DNA of 36,857 nt from a virus (IMGVR_UViG_3300048576_000182:1-36857); one strand, 5' to 3'. Counted from the stretch's first letter, positions 1 through 8,420 are shown. Made by a program: numbers and translations. The notes: a model not told the origin generated them from the sequence alone.

Positions 1-1
1 A

Positions 2-574
2 AAAGATGGGCTCCCTGTTCAACAGATCCTCGATCTTCCCGCCGTCCTCTCCCGCAGACGATTCATGGCCTTCCTGGAGGACCACCTGGCCACGGCCGCC
101 GTGATCAAACAGGTCCGCCTGCTCAAATCGTTTGAGCGGCGACTGCTTTGGGGCGAGGTCATCCGCAATAGGACCGGCGACCATCTCCTGGTTGAAACCG
201 AGATCATCCCGGACGAGCCGATCATTGCCATCTGTCCCGTCAACCGGATCGGCCTGCATGAACGACATGCCGGCCGATTTCAGCCTGGCCAGCGCCGAGC
301 CTTCCACCTGCGCTGGATCGAACCGGTGCTGGTGAACGGTACCCCTCGCACCAAAGTCGTTCTTGACCGAGTTTCCAAGACCCTGACCGAAAATCTGCTT
401 CGCCATCATCTGGGCGATGCGGCAGACCGGTTTCACTTCCGTTGTCTGAAACGCTACGTCGGCCACAAGAGCATCGTCCTGACCATGAGGAGGCTGCCGC
501 GTGAGGTCATCATCGTCGTAGACCGGGAACTCCAGGAACGGATCGAGGTCCGGATCGTCAAGGCCTTACCATGA
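2..574 (+). CDS. NusA-like protein (S1 + degenerate KH-like region), 5'-partial
   Basis: Frame is open from base 2. Segments 'LWGEVIR..LLVET..IAICP..RFQPGQRRAFHL..TKVVLDRVSKTLTENLL..KRYVGHKSIV..VDRELQERIEVR' parallel NusA S1/KH1 (GEIVTG..YRPGDRIRAY..QIILSR..AR.PG.RAK..EL.GEKIDII). Confidence 0.55.
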   Translation, partial: KDGLPVQQILDLPAVLSRRRFMAFLEDHLATAAVIKQVRLLKSFERRLLWGEVIRNRTGDHLLVETEIIPDEPIIAICPVNRIGLHERHAGRFQPGQRRAFHLRWIEPVLVNGTPRTKVVLDRVSKTLTENLLRHHLGDAADRFHFRCLKRYVGHKSIVLTMRRLPREVIIVVDRELQERIEVRIVKALP

Positions 575-1941
575 AGTCCCCAGAACCAACGGAGCCGAAG
601 GCACCCTGGACCCATATTGGGCAAGGCGTTCATCTCGATCATCCGCAAACAGTTATGGAACTGGGCTTTCCCGACAGCCACCGCAAGGGCCATTTCTGGT
701 GCTTCGGCACTACCCGGGTCGGCAAGACCCGGATCATGGAGCACATCATCGAGCAGGATATCTGCAAAGGCTATTCGGTGGTGGCCATTGATCCCAAGGG
801 CGATATCGATCTGTTCTCCAAGATCACGCAACTGGCCCACGAGACGAATAGGCTCGACGACCTGATGCTGATCACCCCGATCTTTCCCCAGTACAGCGCC
901 ATCCTTGACCCCTTGTCCTCCTACTACATGCCCGAGGAGCTGGTGGCCCACATCACCGCCGGGGTGGCTATTGGCCGAGAACCCTACTTCTTCGGTGTGG
1001 CCTACGAGGTCAGCCTGGTGGTGGTCCAGGCGCTCATTATGCTGGCTGAGCAGGCCGGAACAAAGCCTTCATTTAATCTCAACGACATCAAAAACCACAT
1101 CAGCCACCAGGATCTGGAGCAGCTCAAGGAGAAGATCGACTACATCGACAGCCCGGAGGCCAAGCAGCTCTCGCTGGACATCCAGAAGATCCTCTCGACC
1201 CCGGCGGACTACTACTCCAAGGTGGCCAGCTCGCTGCGGGTGGCGCTCACCGAGCTGACCTCGGGTAATGTCGGCAAGATCATCGGTAAAGCCGACGAGA
1301 ACCGTTTCATTCAACGGCTGGAGGAGGGCAAGGGCATCATCCTGGTGGTGCAGTTGGGCTCACTGTTGACCAAGCGGGCCGCCTATACCGCCGGCAAGGT
1401 GATCATCTCCATGATCCAGGCCTTTGTCGGCCGGGTCTATTCCTCGGGCAGGAATGTGACGCCATCCTTGGTGCTCCATATCGACGAAGCGCAGTCGGTC
1501 CTCTACCAGGGGATCGAAGACCTCTTTGCCAAGGCCGGTGGGGCCGGGGTGTTCATCCACGGCTACTGCCAGTCGATCAGCCAGTTGTATGCCGAGGTCG
1601 GCGAGGACCGGGCCAACACCATCCTCGACAACTGCAACACCAAGCTGTTCATGCGTGTGCCGGATCCCAGCACCGCCAATTACGTCTCCGAACATCTGGG
1701 GGAAGAGAAACGGTTTTCGCCCATCATCTCCCTGGGTGGCAATGTCGCCATCCGCGAGACCGAAGAGGTGCGGATCAAGCCGAGCGAGATCCTCAAGATG
1801 AAGCCGCGCGAACTTTTCCTCATCACCTACTCCGGCACCTACAAGGGGGTGACGGCCGACGTCGAGACCGGCAGGCTCAAGGTGATCTTTCCGGATCTGG
1901 CCAGTGAGACGATCATCAAAAAGCAAGCGAAGAACGGCTGA
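571..1941 (+). CDS. traD: Type IV coupling protein, TraD/TraG family ATPase
   Basis: Walker A GTTRVGKT, IDPKGD, Walker B LHIDEA, QSISQL and ILDNCNTKLFMRV motifs; ATGA overlap with the upstream gene. Confidence 0.9.
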   Translation: MKSPEPTEPKAPWTHIGQGVHLDHPQTVMELGFPDSHRKGHFWCFGTTRVGKTRIMEHIIEQDICKGYSVVAIDPKGDIDLFSKITQLAHETNRLDDLMLITPIFPQYSAILDPLSSYYMPEELVAHITAGVAIGREPYFFGVAYEVSLVVVQALIMLAEQAGTKPSFNLNDIKNHISHQDLEQLKEKIDYIDSPEAKQLSLDIQKILSTPADYYSKVASSLRVALTELTSGNVGKIIGKADENRFIQRLEEGKGIILVVQLGSLLTKRAAYTAGKVIISMIQAFVGRVYSSGRNVTPSLVLHIDEAQSVLYQGIEDLFAKAGGAGVFIHGYCQSISQLYAEVGEDRANTILDNCNTKLFMRVPDPSTANYVSEHLGEEKRFSPIISLGGNVAIRETEEVRIKPSEILKMKPRELFLITYSGTYKGVTADVETGRLKVIFPDLASETIIKKQAKNG

Positions 1942-3359
1942 TGCTGAGCATCTGGCCAACAATCATCCTCGGGGTGGCCTTGGTGCTGGTGGGCCTTGCC
2001 GGCGTACTGGTGCTGCGGGCTGAGGAGCAGGAGCCCTCGTTTCTGAAGCAGATGACCCTGAGTGCGCTTTCACAGCGGTGGGTCAGGCCCAAGACCTCCA
2101 CCCGAATAGAGGGGGTGAAGCATATCTCAGAGCTGGCCCACCTCTGGCGGAACGAGCAGGTAATTGCCGAAGGCATCGAGAAGTTTGAGCTGAAACATCC
2201 GCGTTCCCGCTCCTTTGCCAGCCAGTTGCGGACCTGGACCTTTTTCAACCAGGCACCCGGGCAGCGGGCGGTCTGTTTGGAGATTCTTCGCTTGCTTGAC
2301 CGTGAAGGGCAGTGCCCTTCGGTGGTCGATGTCCAGGGCGATGTGGAAGCCGCCTGGGAGCAGAACACTTATCGAATCCTGGCCAAGACCACGCTGCTTG
2401 ATCATAGTCTCAATGTGGCCGAGCAGGTGGTCAAATTGCTCTCCGACCAGCAGGCCTGGCATGTCATCCCGGATACCATGGTGGCTGCCTTGGGTCATGA
2501 CTTGGGCAAGCTCAAATCAGCGTGGGGTTCGCTCTATGCCTTGGGCGAGCATCCCCTGGCTGCCGGCGCCATCATCTCTGGTATTCCGGGATTCAAGGAA
2601 CTCTCCCGCAAGGAGGACATCCTCCGGGCCATCAAGATGCACCACAAGATGCCTGAGGGACTGCTGGGCAAGACCCTCAAGAAGGCTGATCAGCAGGCCC
2701 GGCAGCAGGAATTGGAGCGGGCGGTGGGAGTGGAGGTACCCGAGGAAACCGTGGAATCGCACGAAGAGGCCGCACCAGAAAAGCCGCCAAGGCCGTCATC
2801 CCGGGAAGCGGTGCAACGGGTGCAGGCGGATATCTACGGGGAAACCATCGATCCCGCGCCAAGCCGGGAAGAGATCGCGCCTCCCCAACAGATGGACATC
2901 TCCGGCTGGTTCGATGCCGCTGGCTACCTGGCCATGCTCAAACCCTACATCAACCGGGTTGAGGGCCGGCGCTTTCTGGCCTTCTCCATGGCCGATGGCC
3001 TGGTTTATTTCCAGGTCAAGGTCTTGGAAGAGGTGTCCCGCAAACAGGCCCAGGAGGCCGGCTGCATGGAGATCGCCACCATGGCCCAGGATGATTCCAC
3101 CATGCGCCAAGTGCTGTTCAGTGTTGTTCAGCAGCTGCGCCAGCAGCATGAAGTCATTGCCACCCATTTGATCAAAGCCACCTATTTCGGCGGCTACTTT
3201 CTGGTCACCAGGAAGTTCAACACGAAGATGCGGGGATACTATACCCCTTTTCATGCCGAGGTCTTTGGTTCCATCGCCGAGATGGAACGGAACAAGCCGG
3301 ATCTGCTCCGCGACATCCTCAGTGTCAGTCCCTATACCGGCAGTGACCAGGTGAGCTGA
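1941..3359 (+). CDS. HD-domain protein, probable MOBH/TraI-type relaxase with an N-terminal transmembrane segment
   Basis: LLDHSLNVA, ALGHDLGK, HPLAAG and MHH motifs; hydrophobic residues 1-26; translationally coupled to the T4CP. Confidence 0.65.
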   Translation: MLSIWPTIILGVALVLVGLAGVLVLRAEEQEPSFLKQMTLSALSQRWVRPKTSTRIEGVKHISELAHLWRNEQVIAEGIEKFELKHPRSRSFASQLRTWTFFNQAPGQRAVCLEILRLLDREGQCPSVVDVQGDVEAAWEQNTYRILAKTTLLDHSLNVAEQVVKLLSDQQAWHVIPDTMVAALGHDLGKLKSAWGSLYALGEHPLAAGAIISGIPGFKELSRKEDILRAIKMHHKMPEGLLGKTLKKADQQARQQELERAVGVEVPEETVESHEEAAPEKPPRPSSREAVQRVQADIYGETIDPAPSREEIAPPQQMDISGWFDAAGYLAMLKPYINRVEGRRFLAFSMADGLVYFQVKVLEEVSRKQAQEAGCMEIATMAQDDSTMRQVLFSVVQQLRQQHEVIATHLIKATYFGGYFLVTRKFNTKMRGYYTPFHAEVFGSIAEMERNKPDLLRDILSVSPYTGSDQVS

Positions 3360-4075
3360 TGGCCAAAGAACGGGAAGCCAAAGGGGCAAACGACACCAAT
3401 GCCCAGATCATTACCACCGATAGCGGCCGGATCTACAAGCCGGTCAACCTGCTCAGTGCCATCTCCGAGATCCAGCAGTTCTATGTGATAGAGAGCAAGG
3501 GACAGAACATTCCAGCCGAGTTCCTCACTTTGGAGCGGACCATCGATTTCTTCAAGATCGGCCTAAAGAGCGGGTTCAACGAGGGGATTGCCCTGGTATT
3601 GCTGTTTCCGGTGTTCCATTTTTACCTCTTTCCCTTTGTCTTTATCCATCTGGACTGGTTCAGCCATCTGCTGTTCGGCTGCATCCCCTATCTGCCCCTG
3701 ATCATCAACACCCTCATGTGCAGCTACATCAGTCGCTACTTTGTCGGCAACATCACCCGCAAGGCGGTCAACTCTCTGCTCTCCGGCCGGGCCCTCTCCC
3801 TGCTGCTCAAAGCCTTTCTGGTCTATGTCATCTACCTAGTCCTATTCCGGCTGAGCACTCCGGAGAACGTTGGTCGGCTGGCGAGCCAGTTCGGCGCAAA
3901 GGCTCACGAAATCTACCACGGCTTCTTTGCCATCAAGCCGCATCTGGTGCCGCTGGCCACCAAGAGCAGCTTGCTCATGGTGCTGGCGGCGGTATTTCCT
4001 TACGGATCGGTCTATCTGCTTGACTGCTGGCATCGCCACCGGATCAAGCGCAACATACAACGTATTTCTGCCTAA
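3359..4075 (+). CDS. Multi-pass membrane protein of the ICE transfer operon
   Basis: About 4 hydrophobic segments; start overlaps the previous stop. Confidence 0.75.
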   Translation: MAKEREAKGANDTNAQIITTDSGRIYKPVNLLSAISEIQQFYVIESKGQNIPAEFLTLERTIDFFKIGLKSGFNEGIALVLLFPVFHFYLFPFVFIHLDWFSHLLFGCIPYLPLIINTLMCSYISRYFVGNITRKAVNSLLSGRALSLLLKAFLVYVIYLVLFRLSTPENVGRLASQFGAKAHEIYHGFFAIKPHLVPLATKSSLLMVLAAVFPYGSVYLLDCWHRHRIKRNIQRISA

Positions 4076-4095
4076 CCAACAATGGAGGTTCAACC

Positions 4096-4497
4096 ATGGA
4101 ACGCGAAGAAAAAAAACAACGTCCCTCTTGGCAGGAGATTGAGGAGAGGAAAATCAATCTGGTGAAGGAAAAAGGCTCCCGGGTCATGCGGGTCAACTCG
4201 CCGATTGGTTCGACCATGTTCAGTATCCTGCGGCAGTTTGACATGGCCTATGCCAATTTCAAGGGCAGGTTGGGAGAGATGGGCGGCATCACCTATGAAG
4301 AAGGGGCTGCTTTGATGGAAGAAGGGCGGGAGATCGTAATGGCCTTTTCTGACTTCACCGCACGGCTCAGCCGAAGGGTCAATTTCCGCTACTATGCCCC
4401 CAATGAAATCAAAGACTATCTGGAATTGCTCAAAGCCCAGGAGAAGAGCGAAGAGGCTTCGCGTGGTGCAGAGGATGCGGTTTCGACAGAGTCATGA
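4096..4497 (+). CDS. Putative AcaB/DUF1845-like conjugation regulator
   Basis: GGAGG RBS; 'RVNSPIGSTMFSILRQFD..G.IT' resembles the DUF1845 pattern; context fits. Confidence 0.45.
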   Translation: MEREEKKQRPSWQEIEERKINLVKEKGSRVMRVNSPIGSTMFSILRQFDMAYANFKGRLGEMGGITYEEGAALMEEGREIVMAFSDFTARLSRRVNFRYYAPNEIKDYLELLKAQEKSEEASRGAEDAVSTES

Positions 4498-4499
4498 CT

Positions 4500-4528
4500 C
4501 ACCAAGGCAATTGCACCTTGCCTTGGTG
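4500..4528. repeat. Perfect 11-bp inverted repeat (hairpin)
   Basis: caccaaggcaa-ttgcacc-ttgccttggtg directly after the 4497 stop; no U-tract. Confidence 0.8.
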
Positions 4529-4593
4529 GGTAAGGTCTGCTATCTCGCAAGCAATGAAACGGTTTTTCCAATTCCACTCTACATGGAGCAGTC

Positions 4594-4878
4594 ATGAACA
4601 AAACCGAGTTGATCGACAAGGTCGCCAAAGAAAGCGCCTTGAGTAAATCAGCCGCCGAGCAGGTGGTGAATAGCGTCTTCTCTGCCATCGCAGAGGCGAT
4701 GAAGACCGGCGACAAGGTAACCCTGGCCGGATTTGGAACCTTTTCCACTGCTGAGCGAGCTGCCCGTGAAGGACGTAATCCGCAATCGGGTGAAAAGATT
4801 GCTATTCCAGCTAAAAGGGCAGTGAAATTTAAACCTGGTTCGAAGCTTGTTGATGTTATTCAATGCCCAGAGAATTGA
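4594..4878 (+). CDS. hup: HU-family DNA-binding protein
   Basis: MNKTELIDKVA..VTLAGFGTF..RAAREGRNPQSGEKIAIPA..FKPG signature; GGAG RBS. Confidence 0.95.
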   Translation: MNKTELIDKVAKESALSKSAAEQVVNSVFSAIAEAMKTGDKVTLAGFGTFSTAERAAREGRNPQSGEKIAIPAKRAVKFKPGSKLVDVIQCPEN

Positions 4879-5908
4879 TTCGGTCAACAGCTTTCAATTT
4901 ATGTTCGTCGAGAAGGTGGGTGTAGCGTAAAACCATCTGTAAGGTGCTATGTCCGAGTATTGCTGCCAAGGTTCTGATATCGGTGCCTGCCATGAGCATG
5001 TGGCTAGCGGCAGTATGGCGAAGGTCATGCATGTGCAAGAGTGGCAATTTTGCACGTTCCCTGGCTCTGTCAAATGAAGGTCTGAACCTTGAAGATGGAA
5101 TGTTTTGGGCGTGCTGGCTTTTTCCTTCTCCTTTGAGAAAGACGAATTCATTGTCAAAGGCAGTTTTTTTCAGATCTTCAAGGGCTGTAATAACAGTTTT
5201 TGTTAAAGGGACGGTTCTTGGTTCATTTTTCGTAATATAGAGGGTCAGGGAGCGTCTATCGAAATCAATCTGGTGCCATTTCAATCCGGCAGCTTCACTT
5301 GGGCGCATCGCCGTGTGGAGCAGAATCAACACATAAGGATACAGCCTTTTATTGCGACTAGCCTTGCATTCTTTGAGTAAACGTACAGCTTCATCTTCTT
5401 TGAGAAAGAAGATCCTCCCTTTGGGAACCTTTGGGCGTTCAATCGATTTGACAGGATTTTCAACAGGTAGTTCCCATTCTTTGCAGGCTTTGATGAAAAG
5501 ATGAGAAAGAAGAGCCAATTCCAACCGCACCGCATACGCAGATACTGATTTTAAACGTTGGTCCCGATATTTTGCGACGACGGATGGTGTGATATCGGGC
5601 AATAAAGTGTTCCTGCCAAATTTTTCTTTCAGAAGTTTTGCTATTCTTCTTTCCCGTTCCTGGGTTGTCAGGGCTTTTTGGGAAGTAACTGTTTCCAGAT
5701 AGCGGTCAAAGGCCTCGTCAAGCGTACGATGAGCACGGCGCGGATCTTTGAACCGCTGGTTTTTCATCTCCGCTTCCATTTCTGCTGCCCAGATACGTGC
5801 CTCTCCTTTGGTGTCGAATGTCCTGCTTATCGACTCGTATCCCTTGACGCGAACAGTAATGGTGTATGTCGTTTTCTTTTTCCCTTTTCTTGTGAGGATT
5901 CTAGCCAT
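4856..5908 (-). CDS. int: Tyrosine recombinase/integrase of the ICE
   Basis: TAMRPSE (R), TKN (K), HDLRH, LGH..LRY catalytic motifs; ATG at 5908 (MARILTRKG) with GAGGGT RBS. Confidence 0.95.
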   Translation of the reverse strand: MARILTRKGKKKTTYTITVRVKGYESISRTFDTKGEARIWAAEMEAEMKNQRFKDPRRAHRTLDEAFDRYLETVTSQKALTTQERERRIAKLLKEKFGRNTLLPDITPSVVAKYRDQRLKSVSAYAVRLELALLSHLFIKACKEWELPVENPVKSIERPKVPKGRIFFLKEDEAVRLLKECKASRNKRLYPYVLILLHTAMRPSEAAGLKWHQIDFDRRSLTLYITKNEPRTVPLTKTVITALEDLKKTAFDNEFVFLKGEGKSQHAQNIPSSRFRPSFDRARERAKLPLLHMHDLRHTAASHMLMAGTDIRTLAAILGHSTLQMVLRYTHLLDEHKLKAVDRINSLGIE

Positions 5909-5921
5909 TTTGCCACCCTCG

Positions 5922-5943
5922 TTTTTGTTCCATTTTTGTTCCA
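5922..5943. repeat. Tandem 11-bp direct repeat, probable integrase arm-type sites
   Basis: tttttgttcca x2 between the integrase start and the att/tRNA end. Confidence 0.6.
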
Positions 5944-6014
5944 CTTCTTTCGTCAAAATATAGCAAAAGATAGCATGGGAAAGCAAAAGGAATTTGTAAA
6001 GGAGGGGAGGGGAT

Positions 6015-6063
6015 GGAAAAAGAAAAGGGCTAACATCTTTATATTTTCAAGATGTTAGCCCTT
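6015..6063 (-). terminator. Intrinsic terminator downstream of the tRNA-Leu 3' end
   Basis: 15-bp perfect stem aagggctaacatctt (6025-6039) / aagatgttagccctt (6049-6063), followed on the - strand by ttcttttt. Confidence 0.75.
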
Positions 6064-6072
6064 GTTTTCTTT

Positions 6073-6127
6073 TGGTACCCGGAACGAGAATCGAACTCGT
6101 ACAGCCAAAGGCCGAGGGATTTTAAGT
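6073..6127 (-). pseudogene. 3' half of tRNA-Leu(TAA); displaced attachment-site copy marking the prophage end
   Basis: - strand reads A-CTTAAAA-TCCCT, long variable arm, GAGTTCGATTCTC T-arm, TCCGGGT-A-CCA. The 5' half is absent: sequence diverges just before the anticodon loop. Confidence 0.9.
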
Positions 6128-6148
6128 TTGATGCGGCCTACGCGCAAC

Positions 6149-6167
6149 TGTCAAATATCATTTGACA
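6149..6167. repeat. Palindrome in the phage att arm
   Basis: tgtcaaat-atc-atttgaca. Confidence 0.7.
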
Positions 6168-6197
6168 ATTCGATTTATTCAAGGCGCTATGGCGGCC

Positions 6198-7163
6198 CTA
6201 GAATTTACCCATTTCGCGGCCCAAAGCCTCGGCGGCCAGTCGGCTGTAGAGTTCCGTCACCTGGCTCGAGCTGTGCCCCATGATGTCCTGCAGCGCTCTC
6301 AACGGCACGCCCTTTTCGGTCATGTGGACCCCGAAGGCGTGGCGCATCAAATGCGGGTGAATGTGGATCGTCAACCCGGCTCTCTTGACTGCCCAACGCG
6401 CAACAACACGCAAATCCCTTGCGCCATAGAAAGGGAGCCCGTCCCGCAGATACGGCTTTATTTTCCTGTTCAGCGGCACCACTCGTTGCTTGTTCCCCTT
6501 CCCGGTGACTATCACCACATTGAGTGCCCAATTAACATGCCGCGTCGTGAGGTTGCGGGCCTCGCTTGACCTGAGGCCGCAATAATACATCGCTGCCCAC
6601 AGGCCCCTTTTTGCGCGCGGAAGAGCACGAAGGAATTTGATCACCTCTTTGCGGCTCGGGACAGTCGGCATTGGAGCCCGTGCGAGCTTGAGCGGGAATC
6701 GCTTGATGAACAACCGCTCGCAGTACCCTTGCTCGTGCGCCCACTTTGCAAACCCTGACAAACAGGCCAGCTCCTTGTTGATCGTGTTCGGCTTCACCTG
6801 CTCGGACAGCCGGGTGCGTTTATATTCCTCGATCACCACCGAGGTGAGGGAAGGGAACTGGTACCGGCCCAGCAGGCGCAACACGATCTTCATCGACCTG
6901 CGCAGGCGCTCTGTTCCAGACGGCAGGTGATCGAGGGTGTATTGCTCCACGTAGGGCGGCGCCGCCTCGAGCAGTGACGGATGGGCGGTCGACGGCGTGC
7001 GCTTGGTGCGGATCCTCAGGCTGTGTTCGATCTCGCGGGCCTGGGATTCGGCGCCGCGGTGGGTATACTTGTGCCGCTTCCCTTGTCCGTCGTAGAAATC
7101 AATCAGCCAGGCGTCGGCGTACTTGGGGTTTGTCTTCTGTTGGGGGTGGGGGCGGACGCTCAT
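6198..7163 (-). CDS. int: Prophage tyrosine integrase
   Basis: CGLRSSE, GKGNK, HLMRH, MGH..ELY motifs; ends about 70 bp from the att fragment. Confidence 0.95.
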   Translation of the reverse strand: MSVRPHPQQKTNPKYADAWLIDFYDGQGKRHKYTHRGAESQAREIEHSLRIRTKRTPSTAHPSLLEAAPPYVEQYTLDHLPSGTERLRRSMKIVLRLLGRYQFPSLTSVVIEEYKRTRLSEQVKPNTINKELACLSGFAKWAHEQGYCERLFIKRFPLKLARAPMPTVPSRKEVIKFLRALPRAKRGLWAAMYYCGLRSSEARNLTTRHVNWALNVVIVTGKGNKQRVVPLNRKIKPYLRDGLPFYGARDLRVVARWAVKRAGLTIHIHPHLMRHAFGVHMTEKGVPLRALQDIMGHSSSQVTELYSRLAAEALGREMGKF

Positions 7164-7191
7164 TGGGTGAAGGTTTGATAGGTGCTGGTGA

Positions 7192-7749
7192 TCATGCTCG
7201 ATCCATTAGGTATCCGCATCGGCTACACACCCAAGCATTTTTGCGCATCAGTAAAAGCCATCCAACCAGCCCGCCGACGGCAGACATCATAAAAAATCCA
7301 CCACCAACAAAGAGGCCCAGGGTGTCTGATCCGAAGCCGGCGCCATGATTTGTCAAGACAACCACGATGCCGACCGCCATGCCGACTGCTGATGGAGTGG
7401 CTATTATCCAGCCGATCAAGCGTATGAACAACGGGAACCTGTTAATCTTGCGCTTCTCCATTCCTCCCGCCAGTTTGCAGGCGGCACAATCTATCGTGTA
7501 TCCGCCGTTGGTAAAAATGGGGCTTTCTTTAATGCTTTTGTCGAGCCGCTCTTTGAGATCATTTTTTTCTTGTTCGGTTGAGCTGGCTTGTTCGTTTTTT
7601 TGGCTTTGGGCCTGCTGCCTCTTTTCCCATATCCGCTCGGCACGTTCGTAGATTGCTCCGCAGTGGGGACATTCAAGTCCTTTAACTTTTTCTGCGTTGC
7701 AATTGACGCAATGGGTGAATTGTTGCGCTTTCACTCGTAATGCCTCCAC
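7192..7749 (-). CDS. Zinc-ribbon membrane protein (moron-like, possible superinfection exclusion); start may be the GTG at 7734
   Basis: CVNC..CPHC, coiled coil, then CAAC - two hydrophobic helices - CSRC. Confidence 0.7.
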   Translation of the reverse strand: MEALRVKAQQFTHCVNCNAEKVKGLECPHCGAIYERAERIWEKRQQAQSQKNEQASSTEQEKNDLKERLDKSIKESPIFTNGGYTIDCAACKLAGGMEKRKINRFPLFIRLIGWIIATPSAVGMAVGIVVVLTNHGAGFGSDTLGLFVGGGFFMMSAVGGLVGWLLLMRKNAWVCSRCGYLMDRA

Positions 7750-7822
7750 TCCTATTTTATTGGGTAAAGTTACCTATTAACCATTTCGTTTCAGCGACCG
7801 ATTTGCAACCCAGGATTCTAAT

Positions 7823-8350
7823 TTATAGATCGTCGCCAACCCGTTTTTTTTCGTTCCCTACCGCTGGCGTCGATCCGGCAAATGACAATATCATTTGCTC
7901 CATGCGTCGCATCGATGCTTTCATTTCTTCCATGTCATCCTCAATCTTGCTCATCCTGGCAACCTCCCTCACCCCGTAGTGAAAAGCCCTTATGTTTGAA
8001 ACTAGAGCCGGACGATAGATAGTGTCCGAATCTAGCACCTCTGCCGTTTTTTCCAACAAGTCACGCTTCGCATCGTGTGAAAGCTTTTCCCCGAGTTCGT
8101 CGACCTCTGCGTCAACGCTGCAATTTGTAAACCGCACCTTGCTTTCATCGGCATCGTCTGAAAAAAACCACCACAGAGGCTTCTGAAAACTTTCAGCTAT
8201 ACTTTTCAGCGTCTTAGAGTCCCACTCGCCGCCCTTGAGCAAGTTACGAATAGGGCTGTCTGTCAAGCCGCACTTGGCTGCGAACTTTCTGTTCGACATA
8301 TCGCCCATTAGCATTTTAACGCGACTAATCAACAACTTGTTGTCTTTCAT
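7823..8350 (-). CDS. CI-like XRE-family HTH repressor
   Basis: SNRKFAAKCGLTDSPIRNLLKGG..LKSIAESFQKPLWWFF is an XRE HTH; divergent from the early lytic operon. Confidence 0.8.
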   Translation of the reverse strand: MKDNKLLISRVKMLMGDMSNRKFAAKCGLTDSPIRNLLKGGEWDSKTLKSIAESFQKPLWWFFSDDADESKVRFTNCSVDAEVDELGEKLSHDAKRDLLEKTAEVLDSDTIYRPALVSNIRAFHYGVREVARMSKIEDDMEEMKASMRRMEQMILSFAGSTPAVGNEKKRVGDDL

Positions 8351-8367
8351 CTCCGCCACCAGTTAAA

Positions 8368-8420
8368 AATGATCATTGTGCGTTTTTAAAGTTGCGCTGC
8401 GTTTTTAAACGCGTTAATAT
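8368..8420 (+). promoter_or_regulatory. Putative rightward promoter with overlapping operators
   Basis: TTGCGC(8392-8397)-17 bp-TAATAT(8415-8420); repeat tgcgtttttaaa at 8379-8390 and 8398-8409; palindromes gcgttt-tt-aaacgc (8399-8412) and aatgatcatt (8368-8377). Confidence 0.6.

Larger units (their letters stand above)
1..6072. mobile_element. Right end of an integrative conjugative element (T4CP + HD relaxase + HU + tyrosine integrase), inserted downstream of a tRNA-Leu 3' end; continues left of the window
   Basis: TraD-like ATPase, MOBH-like HD protein and integrase lie directly next to the tRNA 3' end at 6073. Confidence 0.8.

Noticed and set aside
2215-3171. 318-aa alternative-frame ORF inside the HD gene
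   Set aside because: Arg/Pro/Ser/Trp-rich shadow of GC-biased codons, with no RBS and no motifs, unlike the MTase beta frame
5909-5986. Longer integrase start given by the ORF track
   Set aside because: Runs through the arm-type repeats; ATG 5908 has the better RBS
6073-6160. Intact tRNA-Leu gene
   Set aside because: D-arm and 5' acceptor strand are absent; only the 3' half is present
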